A DNA stretch of 62,082 nt, the filler included, from Circinaria calcarea (Eukaryota): NCBI GenBank assembly GCA_051942165.1. It is 12 parts of 12 records of this genome, joined end to end, with 100 filler letters (N's around TTAATTAATTAA, not from the genome) between each part and the next. Parts side by side here need not be neighbours in the genome. Positions count along the whole stretch, not along the records: positions 31,134 to 36,219 come from JAVECS010002056.1; positions 36,320 to 41,403 come from JAVECS010002057.1; positions 41,504 to 46,584 come from JAVECS010002058.1; 9 more parts are not named here. One strand, written 5' to 3'. Each line of letters starts with the position of its first letter. The stretch's first letter is position 1. The notes under the pieces were generated by a model. It ran no database searches. It was not told the DNA's origin and saw only the letters and a program-made list of their open reading frames with translations. The translations under genes were made by a program, and so were the position numbers. Shown here piece after piece: positions 34,321 to 46,584 of the stretch.

Positions 34321-36219
34321 ATGTGGAATGACGAGGATAACAACCCTTATGGCTCCTTTGACCGCCGCGACTCCAATACTTCGGACCCGCCAAACCCTGG
34401 CTCACCAGGAAATCGTAAGCAAGATTTGGACCTGAACTTACATTGGGCACTATCGTCAATTTAACCGCTACCTAGATTATGACAGCCCTCCAAGTCCAGC
34501 CTCGGATCGTTCTTCGCCTGTCAATGAACCCCCCGAATTTGTTTCTCGGCCCCGAGACCTGAGTGATGAAGACGATGACGTGGAATATCCGGCAAGGAGC
34601 AGGAGTGTACCCAGGAAGAAGGGCGGATACGATAGTCGCATCGAGCAGATCCTGTATGAGAACCCGCATCTACAGATAGTCATTACCGATGCGGGCAAGA
34701 GCAATGAAAGCGGGGGGAGCTACATCGTCTATACAATACGGACTGGGGTATTTTATACCACTGCAGAGCTATGAGACTCTAGTATGATGACCTGCTGACG
34801 AACTTAGGATTTGGAGGTCCGTAGACGGTACTCGGAATTTAGCTCCCTGCGATCCACACTGGTCAACCTACACCCTACGCTCATCATTCCTCCAATACCC
34901 GAGAAACATTCGATGGCCGATTACGCTGCAAAACCTACCAAGGCGAAGGAGGATGCGGGGATAATAGATCTCCGCAAGCGAATGCTAACCGTCTTCCTTA
35001 ATCGCTGTCGCAAGATGAAAGAAGTCCGGGAAGACGGGGTGTGGTGGAGATTCTTAGATCCCAATGCCAGCTGGGTACTAACAATGCCGTACAAATGAAC
35101 AGCAGGGCACGCTGACTCGCTGCTTAGAATGAGGTATTACATTCCCATCCGGTCGCTTCCATACCCAAAAGCATATTGAAGGCGCCACCTCTTGATCCGT
35201 CAAACCCGACCCCGGCCCATCAATGGCTTCCGGTACCCTCCGCTTCAGCGAAGCTTAGATCGAATTCGAACGTCACTGCAACTGGAACGCCGATGTCGCC
35301 TCCTGAACACTCAACCATGCCTTCCGCCGCAGCACACACGATACCAGGCCCACAGGTTTTTGGTCGCTTTCCACCAACCTCCCAAAATCTCTCGGAGCAG
35401 GAGTTAGATCCTTATTTTACAAACTTTGAAACTTCGACGAGGGAGCTCGAACTTCTTTTGCAAGGTAGTATCGAAAGAGTAAACAGAAGAACGCTCAGTC
35501 ATTTGTCATCTCTATCAACCGACCTGGCCGAAATGGGTGCGCGATACAACGCCTTTTCATTGTCTGAACAGTCGCCTACAGTTGCCGCAGCCATCGAGCG
35601 AATTGGACAGGCGGTGGACTTATCGTATATTGCTACAGAAGAGCTCTCTTCGACTCTTGGTGCTAGCTTTGCGGAACCAATGCGTGAAAGTGCCCAGTTC
35701 GCCGGTGTCGTACGTGGTGTTTTAAGATATAGGATCCTGAAAAGAGTGCAAGAAGAAATGACTAAAGACGAATTGAATAAGAAGCGGGCGCTCCTTGAGT
35801 CATTCGAGCGCAGTGAACTTGAAGCAAAGAGAATAGAGACGTATCTGAGCAGTACAGGTGCACCGAGCAACTCCGTCAAGAGATCCACATCCTCAGCTTC
35901 AGCATCAGCAAGGAGCAGCTCTGACTTTCCGTCACGTGGTAGACGTGATGCTGGTCATGATGACACGGCTTCGATTGACTCCGATTTCCCACCCACCCAT
36001 GCCGATATGCCATCGTCACCGCCGTCTGGTCAATATGGATCGGCAGAGCAGGATCCTACCTCACCTTCGGTGGCCCACAGAAAAAGTCAGAGTGGAGGCT
36101 TTGTTACCAATAAGATCTTTGGCAGGATAAGCCATGCTGTGCATGGCATTGTGGATGTAGACCCCGAGCGTACCAGACGTGATCAGATAGGCAAAATAAG
36201 AGAGAGCCTTGTACAGGTA
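34321..36219 (+). CDS. SNX41: Sorting nexin-41 (PX-BAR, autophagy), 3'-partial, several introns
   Basis: MWNDEDNNPYG start; PX motif VRRRYSEFSSLR...HPTLIIPPIPEKH; VDVDPERTRRDQIGK. Confidence 0.88.
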
Positions 36220-36377
36220 NNNNNNNNNNNNNNNNNNNNNNNNNNNNNNNNNNNNNNNNNNNNTTAATTAATTAANNNNNNNNNNNNNNNNNNNNNNNNN
36301 NNNNNNNNNNNNNNNNNNNGTACCCGAACTGAACATGCGCCCGCCATGACATTATCGGACAGGGATGGGAATTACTC

Positions 36378-36557
36378 ACCGCTTCCACCCTTGATCGTAT
36401 GAAGATGTCTGCTTGCCTCTTTGGGACTCACAAGAGGATCAATTCGCGCCGTACCAACAATACCTTGACATTGGAGGCGCCAAAATGCCTGGGACTGCGC
36501 GATCAAGGTCAGGCCAACGGTCGCAAAGGCGACGAAGCGAGTATATGTGAGGTGCAT
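36378..36557 (-). CDS. Secreted DUF1996 (often WSC-associated) protein, first exon; rest off-contig
   Basis: Signal peptide, then AFWRLQC...ARIDPLVSP...HLHTIKGGSG followed by a GTGAGT donor. Confidence 0.8.
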
Positions 36558-38676
36558 TCTGAGAGTCTAGCTCGAACGCTTGATGATGCAGATGGAGGAA
36601 CAGGTAATGCGACGCTGTCGCGGGGCGGTTTTTAGAGTTGCTTTGATTGATGCTGGCGCTTTAGATGCCGAGAGAAGTCGTCACGAAGATGGAGTATGTT
36701 GTGTAGGTTGGTGAGCGTGCAAGTGGAGGTTGCAAGGACGACGGTTAGGGCAGATGTCGGAAATTAACAAAGAATGTTTCCGTTATTGTGATCTCCAATG
36801 CCAATCTCTATACCAATAGGTCTGGATCCAAGCGAGGAAGTAGTGTGTAGGTATGTATGCCACGAGGAGGCTGGGCTTGTTTGGTCTTTTTGAAGCGAAC
36901 AGTGTTCCTCCTGATAATCTGCAATGACAATATGGTGTTGATACAATGCCAATACTCAATAGACAGTGGCGGAGTTTTCCAATGGTATAAATTTTGCGGT
37001 TAGCAGATGTTTTGCGCTCGTATCAATTCCTGTTGGATTTTTTTTGGCCACGTGCTGCTGAGCCACGGATGCACTGCGCGATAAGCTGTGCGTGCTTTCT
37101 CTATCTCTACCTCGGACTCTCTTGGTTGAATGGTATCTCTTTCTGGTGCGTTGCCAATATCCAAACGCGGCGGCCCCAGATGATCCCACAGCAACGTGAA
37201 TTTCCCTTCTCGACTCGAATTCACTGTACACGCGCAATCGACGACGGCGTCTGTAGATAGGTGTGCGTAGGTGGCTCTACGGCGAAAGGAGAGACAAGAA
37301 GTTGAATGGATTGAAGAATCAGTGGACAAAGATGCAGATTGGGTAAATGAGTGACGGTATCGCCAGGACCTGTCACAGCTTTCGGCGATGAACAACCACG
37401 GACGATAATGAAGGTAAGATGCGATACCGGTAAGGAACGTGTGAAGTTGGAAAGGAGAGAGAGAGAGTTGGGAAGAAGGCGCGGATGGAGATGGAGGGTG
37501 ATGTGATTTGGGAGGAATGAAAGGACCTTTGGCTCATCCCTGACCCCCCAGACACAAGGGGCGTCGGGAGAAGGGAAGCCAATCATGGGGTGAGATGAGT
37601 TGAGTGCAAACGTCGGAGCAAATCCAGTCCTCACCCATACCTTTCCCAGACAAGCTCCCTCGTCCCAAAGTGGGGTCCTAATTCTCAGCTTCCAACTTCC
37701 CAGCCGTAGTCGCACGCGGTCCGGCTTTCCAATTTACCGCCGACGATCATATAGAACAGGCTCTCCCTTGTCCCTGACGGTGGTGAAACGTCGGACAGAC
37801 CAATGGTGATGAGAACTACGAGGCCCTTCCCGTCATCGCCCAGGCGGCTATCACAGGGACCGGGGGGGAATACGACGTACGTGTCGTCAGGGGTAAAGCG
37901 TGACACGACAACAAAGCAAGGAGGCCCAATTAGGACAACTGTCACTCTCAATCCAGAATCACGAGAAGAAGCCATACCCGCTGCCTCTCTGTCGGCGTTA
38001 AGACGGGCGGTTTGGAGAAGATACGGAATGGAGTACAGAGACGCACCATCCCCAATGATAAGTCGTCCACTTTGCCCCAATCCGTTATCATGCGCCCGGG
38101 GAAAGGGAAAGGGGGGCTCGCCATACGCTCATCCCAAGTGTGGAGACGCCACGTTTCCGACACGGGAGGGGCGTTTGAGGTGGGACGGCACAGTAATAAG
38201 ATGGGATTTTTCATCTGTTCTCAAGTGCTAACGAAAAACCCCGGTTTCTTTGGTCGCTATCAAATCTAGGGAATCAGGATCGAAAAGTTGAAAAGAGGTC
38301 TTTCTACCGAGTATTGAAAATGCACGGGATTGGACGAGTCGAGGCGCCTGCTCGAGCGTGCGACAGCCTTTCATCGATGATCGCCGAATCACTGGGCGGG
38401 GTTCTATGGATTCGGTCTCGCTTTGGGATTGTTCTATTGAGAGACATTCATTGTGCTATTGGGAGATGAATCAATTTCGGGAGAAAAGTGGATAAATAAT
38501 CTCTTCTGGTTCCAACAGTAGGCAGGCTGCAGGCGAATGGCGACCGTCGATAAAACTGCCAAACTTTATACAAGACTTCCGCGGGGATGTTGCCTGTAGA
38601 TAATATTGTACAGATGTCAAATATACTATCTAGGTGCATTGAACCATCCAACCACTGCCGTAATAGCAATACATGG

Positions 38677-40655
38677 TCATCGACTGGGACCGGGCTTCAT
38701 GCGCCTCCAATTCCCCGATACCTCCCAAACACCCGCCTTGGTATAGTCGGCCGCGCTGCTACCCATCATGTAAGCGAACCGGAAGTACTCGTCTTCCTCG
38801 CGACCCGGTCTATCCCACGTAAACAACGGCTCTCCCTCGCCTTCGTACCACCTGTGCCTCTCCACATCATTGACCAACACACTGACTCCGTCGTACGGCG
38901 AAGGGGGTAGTGCCCATTGAAATGTGATGTTGGATGCTGCTACAACAGGTGCAGTCATGTTCGGTAGCAGTGTGTTCATTTGACCTCCGCCGAGTAGTGC
39001 TGCCGATGTCTGAAGGATCGAGTCGAACCCCCAGCGGGCAACACCATTGATGAACAATCCCACCAGTATACCCTGATATAGCAGGCTCGGCCGTGTCTGT
39101 ACTCGGGTGCCTGGCAGCAATAGTAATGCAAGGATGTAGTGATGGATTCGTAGGTTAAGGCTCGGAATGATCACACAGATGATCAAGCCGATCCCCATGA
39201 GAGCATAAAGAGCCAAGTACCTCGGAAGACGACCCTCGAGTCGAAGGTACCAGATCTGACCCAAAGCTATTAAGAATATGGTAACGACGATGATAACGAG
39301 GGCCAATCGAGCTCCAGGTTGGGCTTGCAGATCATGCGGGGTGAGACGCTGGATGGGAATGAAATCAAAGGTGTAATTATTCAGCGATCCCACCCAAGCA
39401 CCACCGAGCCATAAGATAGTCTTTTCAAACTGTGCGGTGAAGCCCGTCAACTGGGGCCGTACACAGAATCGGTAGATGACATACCCCACAAATGCAGCGG
39501 GTAGGTAACGACCAATGATGAGAGATGTCAAGGACGGATAATCGGAGGTGTTTGGTGGGTCGGAAACGAGACCAACATGAAAGAACAGCATCGTGAAGGC
39601 AGACGAGAAGAACACAGCCGGAGAACTGGTAAAGATGGAAAGTAGCGTTGTGAAAATAATAGTAACAGCCAGTAGAGGCCAGCGCTGATCTACCTTGCCA
39701 CATTCTGAAGGTATTCCAGAAAGAAAAGTAAATGACTTGGGGAAATCAGAGCCAAAGCCAATGCTTTTGATACCATTACGATAGGTACTTGGGAAGCTGT
39801 GTTGTTTGCCCTCCAACGATACAACTCCGCAGCCTCCCCTATCGTTACTGACCACCCCAGCATGAACAGCTGCCTGACAGATGAATGAGTCCGCACGATA
39901 GATAGGCTTAGTCGCTGGTAGTCCGTTACCGTCATCTTCAGGCCCACCGATGACTAGCGGCTTGTAGACGACTTCTTGATCTCCTACTGCATACGGATTG
40001 AAGACTTTCATACTTGCACAGTTGGCCGGGCACTGAAACGCTAGGGATGCGTTGTTGAAAGGACGACAGTTATTGCCGTTGATACCGCAACGGTTACCTC
40101 CAGACCTAGACCTGTCAGATTATCGACCAAGCCTTGACATCCTTTCTAGGCTGTTTCTTACCAGTAGCTGGCTCCGCACCAAAGAGCTTGAGGGGTACCA
40201 TATCCCTCAATTTTCCCCGATGATGCAGAAGATTGTAGGATCAACGAAAAGGTCAGAACCCAGCTGATATAGAAAAGGACGAGAAGTGCGGTCTTATGCC
40301 TCTTTTTCGGTAGGAACCGATCCACCAATTTCAACGGTGCCTCCTGTACGGTAGGAAAGAAAGGCGTAATCTTTTGTTGTTGTGGTGGATCCGGTCCTTT
40401 TGTCCATGCAATGACAGATCGAGTCAAGTTCCGAAGGGGCAAAGGGACCCATTTCCAATGGAAAGACTTGGAGGACTCTCGCATCCAGACTGGAAGAGGT
40501 AGTCGGCCATTCTCAACTTCTGGTGAATTTGACCTAATCTGCAAGTCTGTACTGTCTGCGATTGAAGGCTCGGGCATCTCATCTTCTCGCCATTGAGAGT
40601 GTCCGTTTGGCGGCGCCGTATAAGCTGACTGACTATCATGGTTGGGACTGCTCAT
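38677..40655 (-). CDS. LCCL-domain multi-pass membrane protein; intron ~40111-40160
   Basis: CGINGNNCRPF...FQCPANC, YRADSFICQAAVHAG (LCCL), FIPIQRLTPHDL, LRIHHYILALLLLP. Confidence 0.9.
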
Positions 40656-41251
40656 GCTTGTAAGTGGTAGAAATGATGGAGTGTGAGTATAGCAAAACCG
40701 ACTGCGGGCGATCAGGTAAGTATACTATCAAGGCGGATTCATAGTACAAAAGGAAGTATTAACAATCATGCAGCGGGTTCAAGATACAGAGTCGCGACCT
40801 TTGTATACGTAGAGTTGCATTACAGATCTGAGGATGCGACTTGGTTACCTCTGCTAGCGCCTTTCGGCGGTACCTTCAGTATCTCCGTACGGACAGTAAG
40901 CCGTCACACCATCCGCTTGACTGCGTCCAACAGGAGAGGATACGGATGAACTGTTTCAACTTATCGAGGTCTTCTGTTTGATATACTCTATCACTCATCT
41001 CTCCATTCTTGTCCATGACAGACATAACCCTTCTAATAAACCGAGCTTCTCCATTCAGATTCGGGCATGGGTGAACAACGGAGTGAAGAATGCCGATTGG
41101 CTGTCTTGCATGTCATTGATTTCAAAGACAGCCGTCATCGAACTGCCTTAAATCCTTATCGGCCAACAGCGAGGTTCATTCTCTTGTACACCCCCGCATT
41201 GCAACTTTCTCTTCAGAGCACCTTTGGGAAATTGCCCCCATATCTATCAAT

Positions 41252-41403
41252 ATGGCCGACGTACCAGTAGCGAACGCTAGAGCCCCCGTCGACATCTCCC
41301 ATCATTATTCCAACGTTCTCAATAACAGGAAACCCAGTAGTATCAAGGATTTCTACAAGTACTTTACCATCCCTGGAATAGGGAACCTTGCCGGCGGTGG
41401 GAT
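41252..41403 (+). CDS. PLP-dependent aromatic amino acid aminotransferase (Aro8-like), N-terminal fragment
   Basis: PVDISHHYS...RKPSSIKDFYKYFTIPGIGNLAGG. Confidence 0.75.
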
Positions 41404-42659
41404 NNNNNNNNNNNNNNNNNNNNNNNNNNNNNNNNNNNNNNNNNNNNTTAATTAATTAANNNNNNNNNNNNNNNNNNNNNNNNNNNNNNNNNNNNNNNNN
41501 NNNTCCCTGCTCCCCTGTGCTCCCCCGTGCTCCCCTGCTGCTCTCTCGCTGCTCCCTTTTAAAACGGCCTTACTCCCTTTCCACACCGAAAACGGATCAG
41601 GCTCACCCCCATCTCGGGGCATATATAATATATATATATCGGTAGATGCATCACCGAGCTAACCGAATCTTCAAAAATGGAATTGCTAATTATTTTTAAG
41701 AAAACGAAAATACACCGTTTTTATAGTTATCTAAATTAAAAACCTTCTTTTTTATTCCTAAAATTTTCCCCTAACTACCATCCGGATTGATCGGCTTTGC
41801 CGTAGTTTTTTGTTAACTTAATTCCATGCACTTGCGTTGCATGTAATTAAAAATAAAAAATGTACTGTAGCTTCTCCTTGCAGGTAGGATGAGGACACTC
41901 GAAGGGATACTTCTTTTTCAGATATTGATAATGTATCTTCTCTAAATGACGAGAGAATCGAACGTATGTATTGAGAACTCCCGCGTTCTGTCGGCCAAGA
42001 CAGAAAAGGCATGTTGATGGCTTATAATGAAGTGAATAGCGTAAAATAGAGTTTCGTAAACGGTCTTCCGAGAGATATTTGACGGCGAGGGGAAAAGATA
42101 TTTACCCCCGCTCTTCCCGGCGAGAGTATAATTAATTTATATTAGATATAACTATAATGCGTCGCTCAGTCGTATCCTTTATAATAAAAAACGGTTTAAA
42201 GAGAATTCTAGCTAACTGAACACGCTCAGGTAGGGAAGGGGGTGCCTTACGAGAGATTATTATTTAAATATTATCATCATTACTAGAATTATTATTATGG
42301 CTGTTGCCATCGCCGCTGTTGTTATTGCTGTTTTTCTCGTTACTTTTATATTCAAACCATTCCGCGCGTAGTTTGATCTTAGCTAGATTCCTTTGGTTCT
42401 TTATCTCGTTTTTATACGCTCGCACCGCCTTATAAAAGAGTAAAGCCACTTCTGTTCCCTGTTTCTCGGCTTCAGTAATAGAGCCGTAGCGTTTAGTATA
42501 TTCGTTAACCAATTCTAGCCTTATACTGTGTAGTTGAATCACCGCTGGAAGATTAAATATCTTCAAGTGTTATTTTTTAGAGATTTCTTTTGGGGCGCGA
42601 AGGTCTCGAGAACGTATTATATCACCCGCTGTAAATATAACGGATATTCGGTTTTCAAG

Positions 42660-43028
42660 TGTTACGTCCCTAAGCTTCTTAGGCAAAGGCAATGCTAGTC
42701 ACTGGTATAAGGCAGGGGCTCTGTAATATGTACCAAGGTTCTATACCAATCACTTGGCAAGTAATAAGTGACAATAGAAGTACATTGCTACACTTGTAAG
42801 GTCTTGACCACACAGGTCAAATACTACGGAAAGGACTGAGACTATATAGATCTTTCTGAGGTTACACGAACCTTCCCAAAAGGGGTGGACGTAGTGGACG
42901 TCGTGGACGTCGTGGACGTAACGACGTCCAGCACGTCCAGTACGTCCAGTACGTCCAGTACCAACAATACGCCTAGCCCGCGTACTGCTCAGACCTCTTG
43001 GCACAGCCCTGCGAGGTGTGCCATTACA
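42660..43028. mobile_element. Solo LTR (369 bp) inserted in the captain gene
   Basis: TGTTAC...ATTACA termini with perfect 5-bp TSD TCAAG (42655-59 and 43029-33); removing it restores ...NIFLGLENRISV... Confidence 0.9.
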
Positions 43029-43932
43029 TCAAGGCCTAGAAATATGTTCTAGATATCCCATTTCACTATTTATAACCTATACTTTTTATCGAACATCTTT
43101 GGATCTGCATAGCCCATAGCCTGCATTGTAAGAGAATAGGGAGCGTAACCTAAAACAGTTTACGTTAGCATGATTTAAGGCAATAATTTGTCGGTAATAA
43201 GCTGTATCGTTTATAGCGTTGCTAGAGTCTCGTCGAATAAAATAAAAAGGCGGCGCCGTTTTAAATCCATTATTAAGACATATCTGGCGCCAATTAATAC
43301 TTAGAACTGAATATATTTCTAACTAGTTTATAACCACAGTATTCCGGATGCTACGAAGGATGGGTTTAAACTTTATATCTTCCTTCTATTTAAAGACCTT
43401 TCGTTTTGTGCCGTTAGGGATTTTTGCGTTATAGATAACAGCCGCTGTATTATATTTATTATCAAAGGCATTATTTGCGAGAGCGAGTATAATAAAATAA
43501 ATAACTAGATATAATCCTAGACAGCCATTAAATTTTTAGATAATATAAATTATTCTGGAATAATGGTTAGCTGGTGGAATATAGAATACCAGAAAAACGA
43601 ATGAAGAAAGAAAAAAGGATCTTATAATTTATTCTTATCCCGACGCCCTTTCATAAGGTTAAGGGTAATGCGAATAGCGAAAATAAAGATAAGCTCGTAT
43701 TCACTATAAAATAGAACCGCTCCGGTGCCTTTAATTCTTTCGGAATTGCTTTCGGCAAGAGCGCCCGGTCTAGAAGTAATATATCCGAGAAGAAGGATAA
43801 AGAAAACCAGTTGGACTCTTTTTCTTTTTAGGGTATAATGATAGGTGTCGCCGTCCCAGAGATAGGTGATGATGCTTTTTAAATCCGCTGGCGTTATTAT
43901 ATCTACTTCCCTGGCCCTCCCTTCCAGTAATC

Positions 43933-44257
43933 TGTTATAGCGTGCCCGCCATGACATGCACTAGACCCGGTTGGGATAGGATCACGGGTCGGGGGAACTT
44001 CCACCGTAAGGATGTTTAGTGTGCTCATGGTGCTCATAGAGATAAGCGGGGTGAGCAGGGTGAGCAGGATGCTCGGTATGCTCATGGTGCTCGGGAAGGT
44101 GAGCACGGTGAGCAGAGCATTATATATAGCAGGCTATTCCCGCTCTTTAGAATAGCATGCTTATAGACCGTGTTCAATAGACTCCATACTATTGAGTCTA
44201 GGGCAACAGTTCAACTACACCCTATGTAACCGTGCTATCACCAATCGGGACTTAACA
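43933..44257. mobile_element. Solo LTR (325 bp) inserted in the captain gene
   Basis: TGTTA...TAACA termini, near-TSD TAATC/TATTC, internal TATATATAG box; captain coding sequence on both sides. Confidence 0.8.
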
Positions 44258-45115
44258 TATTCCTCATTAGGCCCCAAGGATTGCAGCGCCCTTACATAAT
44301 CTAAACCTTTTTTTTAATATCGTTTTAATGGTTTACCGAAGCTTAGTTATAGATATAAACGGGGATGAATAATTTACTTATCGTAGTCATCTTGGTGGAG
44401 ATTATTGGGTTCATGCTTTTCCCGATCTTATATTTATATACGGTCTGCATTCTGCGAAACCGGTCTATCGCGGTATTAACCCGTTTGATTTGGCTTCCGC
44501 GCAACAGCCATTCTATATATTTAATTAGGAAAGGAGCGGTGCTCTAAGCTAGATATTATCAGTAATCTCTTTAAATAAAGGTATAAAACCTTTCTTATAT
44601 TAGCCGCGATTCACAGGTCCAATAATTTCAGGGACAAGCTTCACTTTTTCTATTTTTCTGTTATTACGATTAACTGGATGCGGGCGACGATAGAGAGATC
44701 ACTTGCCCTATTATCGTTAAGCTCATTAATATCTTTTTTAAGATAGTATTCCGGTCCCAATTCCGATTGAGGTGTTCGGCCATGACGGCTCATGGCTGAT
44801 AAATAGATTCGGGTGAGGTCGAGGAGATGGAGGAAGAATGTATACCGAGGAGAGGTCCGAGGAAGCACAGGTCAAGAAAAAAAATCGTGGGCAGTGCCCT
44901 TCAGCCCGTTTCCGAGCCATTATAGGTATAAGGAGCCAGCAATGGCTGACACCACGCCGGAACCGAATACTATACATCCAGAATTGACAGCGTTGCGGCG
45001 AAAAAAACGGCGACAAAAAGGGCCAGAGAGTTAAAAGCGAATGACGTCGCCGCTTTATTTTTCACTAAACCTGATTCGGACCAACGGGACTCTGATGCGG
45101 TGGATCTAAACACAT

Positions 45116-45151
45116 GGGATGCCCAGTTCTCTTGAGTCTGTGGTCGTATGT
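45116..45151 (-). rRNA. 5S rRNA gene, 5' 36 nt only (disrupted target site)
   Basis: ACATACGACCACAGACTCAAGAGAACTGGGCATCCC matches the Pezizomycotina 5S 5' end; similarity stops where GTCCGCTC should follow. Confidence 0.85.
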
Positions 45152-45174
45152 GATTGAATGTTAGTCAAATTAGA

Positions 45175-45180
45175 TATATA
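45175..45180 (-). promoter_or_regulatory. TATA box at -29..-24 of the 5S gene
   Basis: TATATA lies 29-24 nt upstream of the 5S +1, the position known for dispersed Neurospora 5S genes. Confidence 0.65.
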
Positions 45181-45444
45181 TTCTAATGACAGCACCGCAT
45201 AAGATGTGCAGAGTAACGGACGGGAGAAAATTCTTATGGGATCTACGTAAGAAAGCCACTGATGTTAAAAGGATCATCACAAATTTAGAAGCCTGATCTT
45301 AGGCGATTATTCTTATCGATAGTGTTTCGTTACTCCGTAGTGTCACTAGATTTCCGTCGTGTCAATTTTCTGAAAAGAGAGTGACAATAATGGAGAATGT
45401 GGTCCCAAAATAGTATCATTCCTTGATGGTCCGGCTTGCATAAG

Positions 45445-46584
45445 ATGTCCAGCGTCGGAAGTGATGAATTTGGAGAGGTTGACGAAGAAGATCTGTTACT
45501 GGTAGCTACTCAAGCTGAAAGGCAAGAGAGCGGTCACCCGAGGCAAATACAAGCGGATTCACCAGTATACCGAGCCCGAAAACGCCGTCGCCTCAACGAT
45601 CTTGCGGGTGACCGAGGGCAAGAAGACGATGATGGCTCCATCACCTCGCAAGACGCATCAACATCACCGGCCCAATTAAGAGACGGGGTGGGCAATGGCG
45701 AGGAGGATATTTCCAAGAATAGGCCCAAGTCCCGACACAAGATTCATATACCCAAACAAGCCGACATTCCAAAAGACTCATTTTACACACAACTACCTCG
45801 ATCGTCTCAAAGTCCGTATCGTATTCGTGGGCCGTATTGGCAGAAGCCGAAGTCAAAGTCACCATCTCCCCTGGTGGTTAGAGAGAGTCTACCGCGTTGC
45901 GAGCAGCATGAGGATCAGACGAGGGACTTCTCTGCTAGTCAAAACGCTCTCTTTTACAGTGATGATGAGGCTCTTACAATAAGCCCAAGGCAGCCCGATG
46001 AACGGCAACACAGAGGTTTACCAGATCAAAGCCGCTTCACCCCAAAAGATGTATCCGGCCAGCGAGCTTCCACTCGCCCTCTTGCTACAGCCGACAAAAA
46101 TGCGATTGATGAGCTTGTGGATTTGCCATTGGGAGCGTTCTCGTCGCCAGTGCTCACTAAAGGCAACCCAAACGATGCTATAGAAGTGCCTTCTCAAGAT
46201 GAATATACACAACAATGGCAGTCTCAGGCAACACGACCTCGGAAGCTTGTAGGAGCGCAGGCCAACTTACGACAAACCACATTGTTCGGCGGTGAAGCTC
46301 AGATTGCTGGGTCTCAATCACAGTCAACAAGGCGGCACAACTGGCCCCTTGTAGACCGAGAGGAACCCCCTACTCATCATAAACTCGACAATGATGCTTT
46401 AAAAACATGGGTATATCCTACCAACCTCGGAAGTATTAGGGACTACCAATACAACATCGTCGCCCGAGGTCTCTACCATAATCTCTTGGTCGCTCTACCT
46501 ACGGGACTGGGAAAGACGTTCATTGCAGCAACAATCATGCTGAACTGGTTTCGCTGGACTAGAGATGCACAGATAGTTTTCGTG
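45445..46584 (+). CDS. MPH1: ATP-dependent DNA helicase Mph1/FANCM, 3'-partial
   Basis: [17 protein letters not shown]...[19 protein letters not shown]...[24 protein letters not shown]. Confidence 0.93.

Larger units (their letters stand above)
41775..44793 (-). pseudogene. DUF3435 tyrosine recombinase (Starship captain), RIP-inactivated and interrupted by two solo LTRs
   Basis: Ordered motifs: YIEWLL...IKRV...YKYKIG; RVQLVFFILLLGYITSRPGAL; LMKGRR; LALANNAF; FYFIRRDSSNAI; QAMGYA...FDKKY; RSRDLRAP; LPERVQLARILF; C-terminal CLFCLG...RHL...H...CPHPTC...H...VH. Confidence 0.88.
41504..45115 (-). mobile_element. Left end of a degenerate Starship-type giant transposon inserted in a 5S rRNA gene (continues off-contig)
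   Basis: DUF3435 captain is the first gene, ATG ~320 bp inside a junction with a truncated 5S gene; interior is AT-rich and RIP-damaged. Confidence 0.8.

Noticed and set aside
42722..43028. Shorter element with TGTAAT...ATTACA inverted ends
   Set aside because: No 4-5-bp TSD. The boundary at 42660 gives a perfect TCAAG TSD and restores the captain frame.
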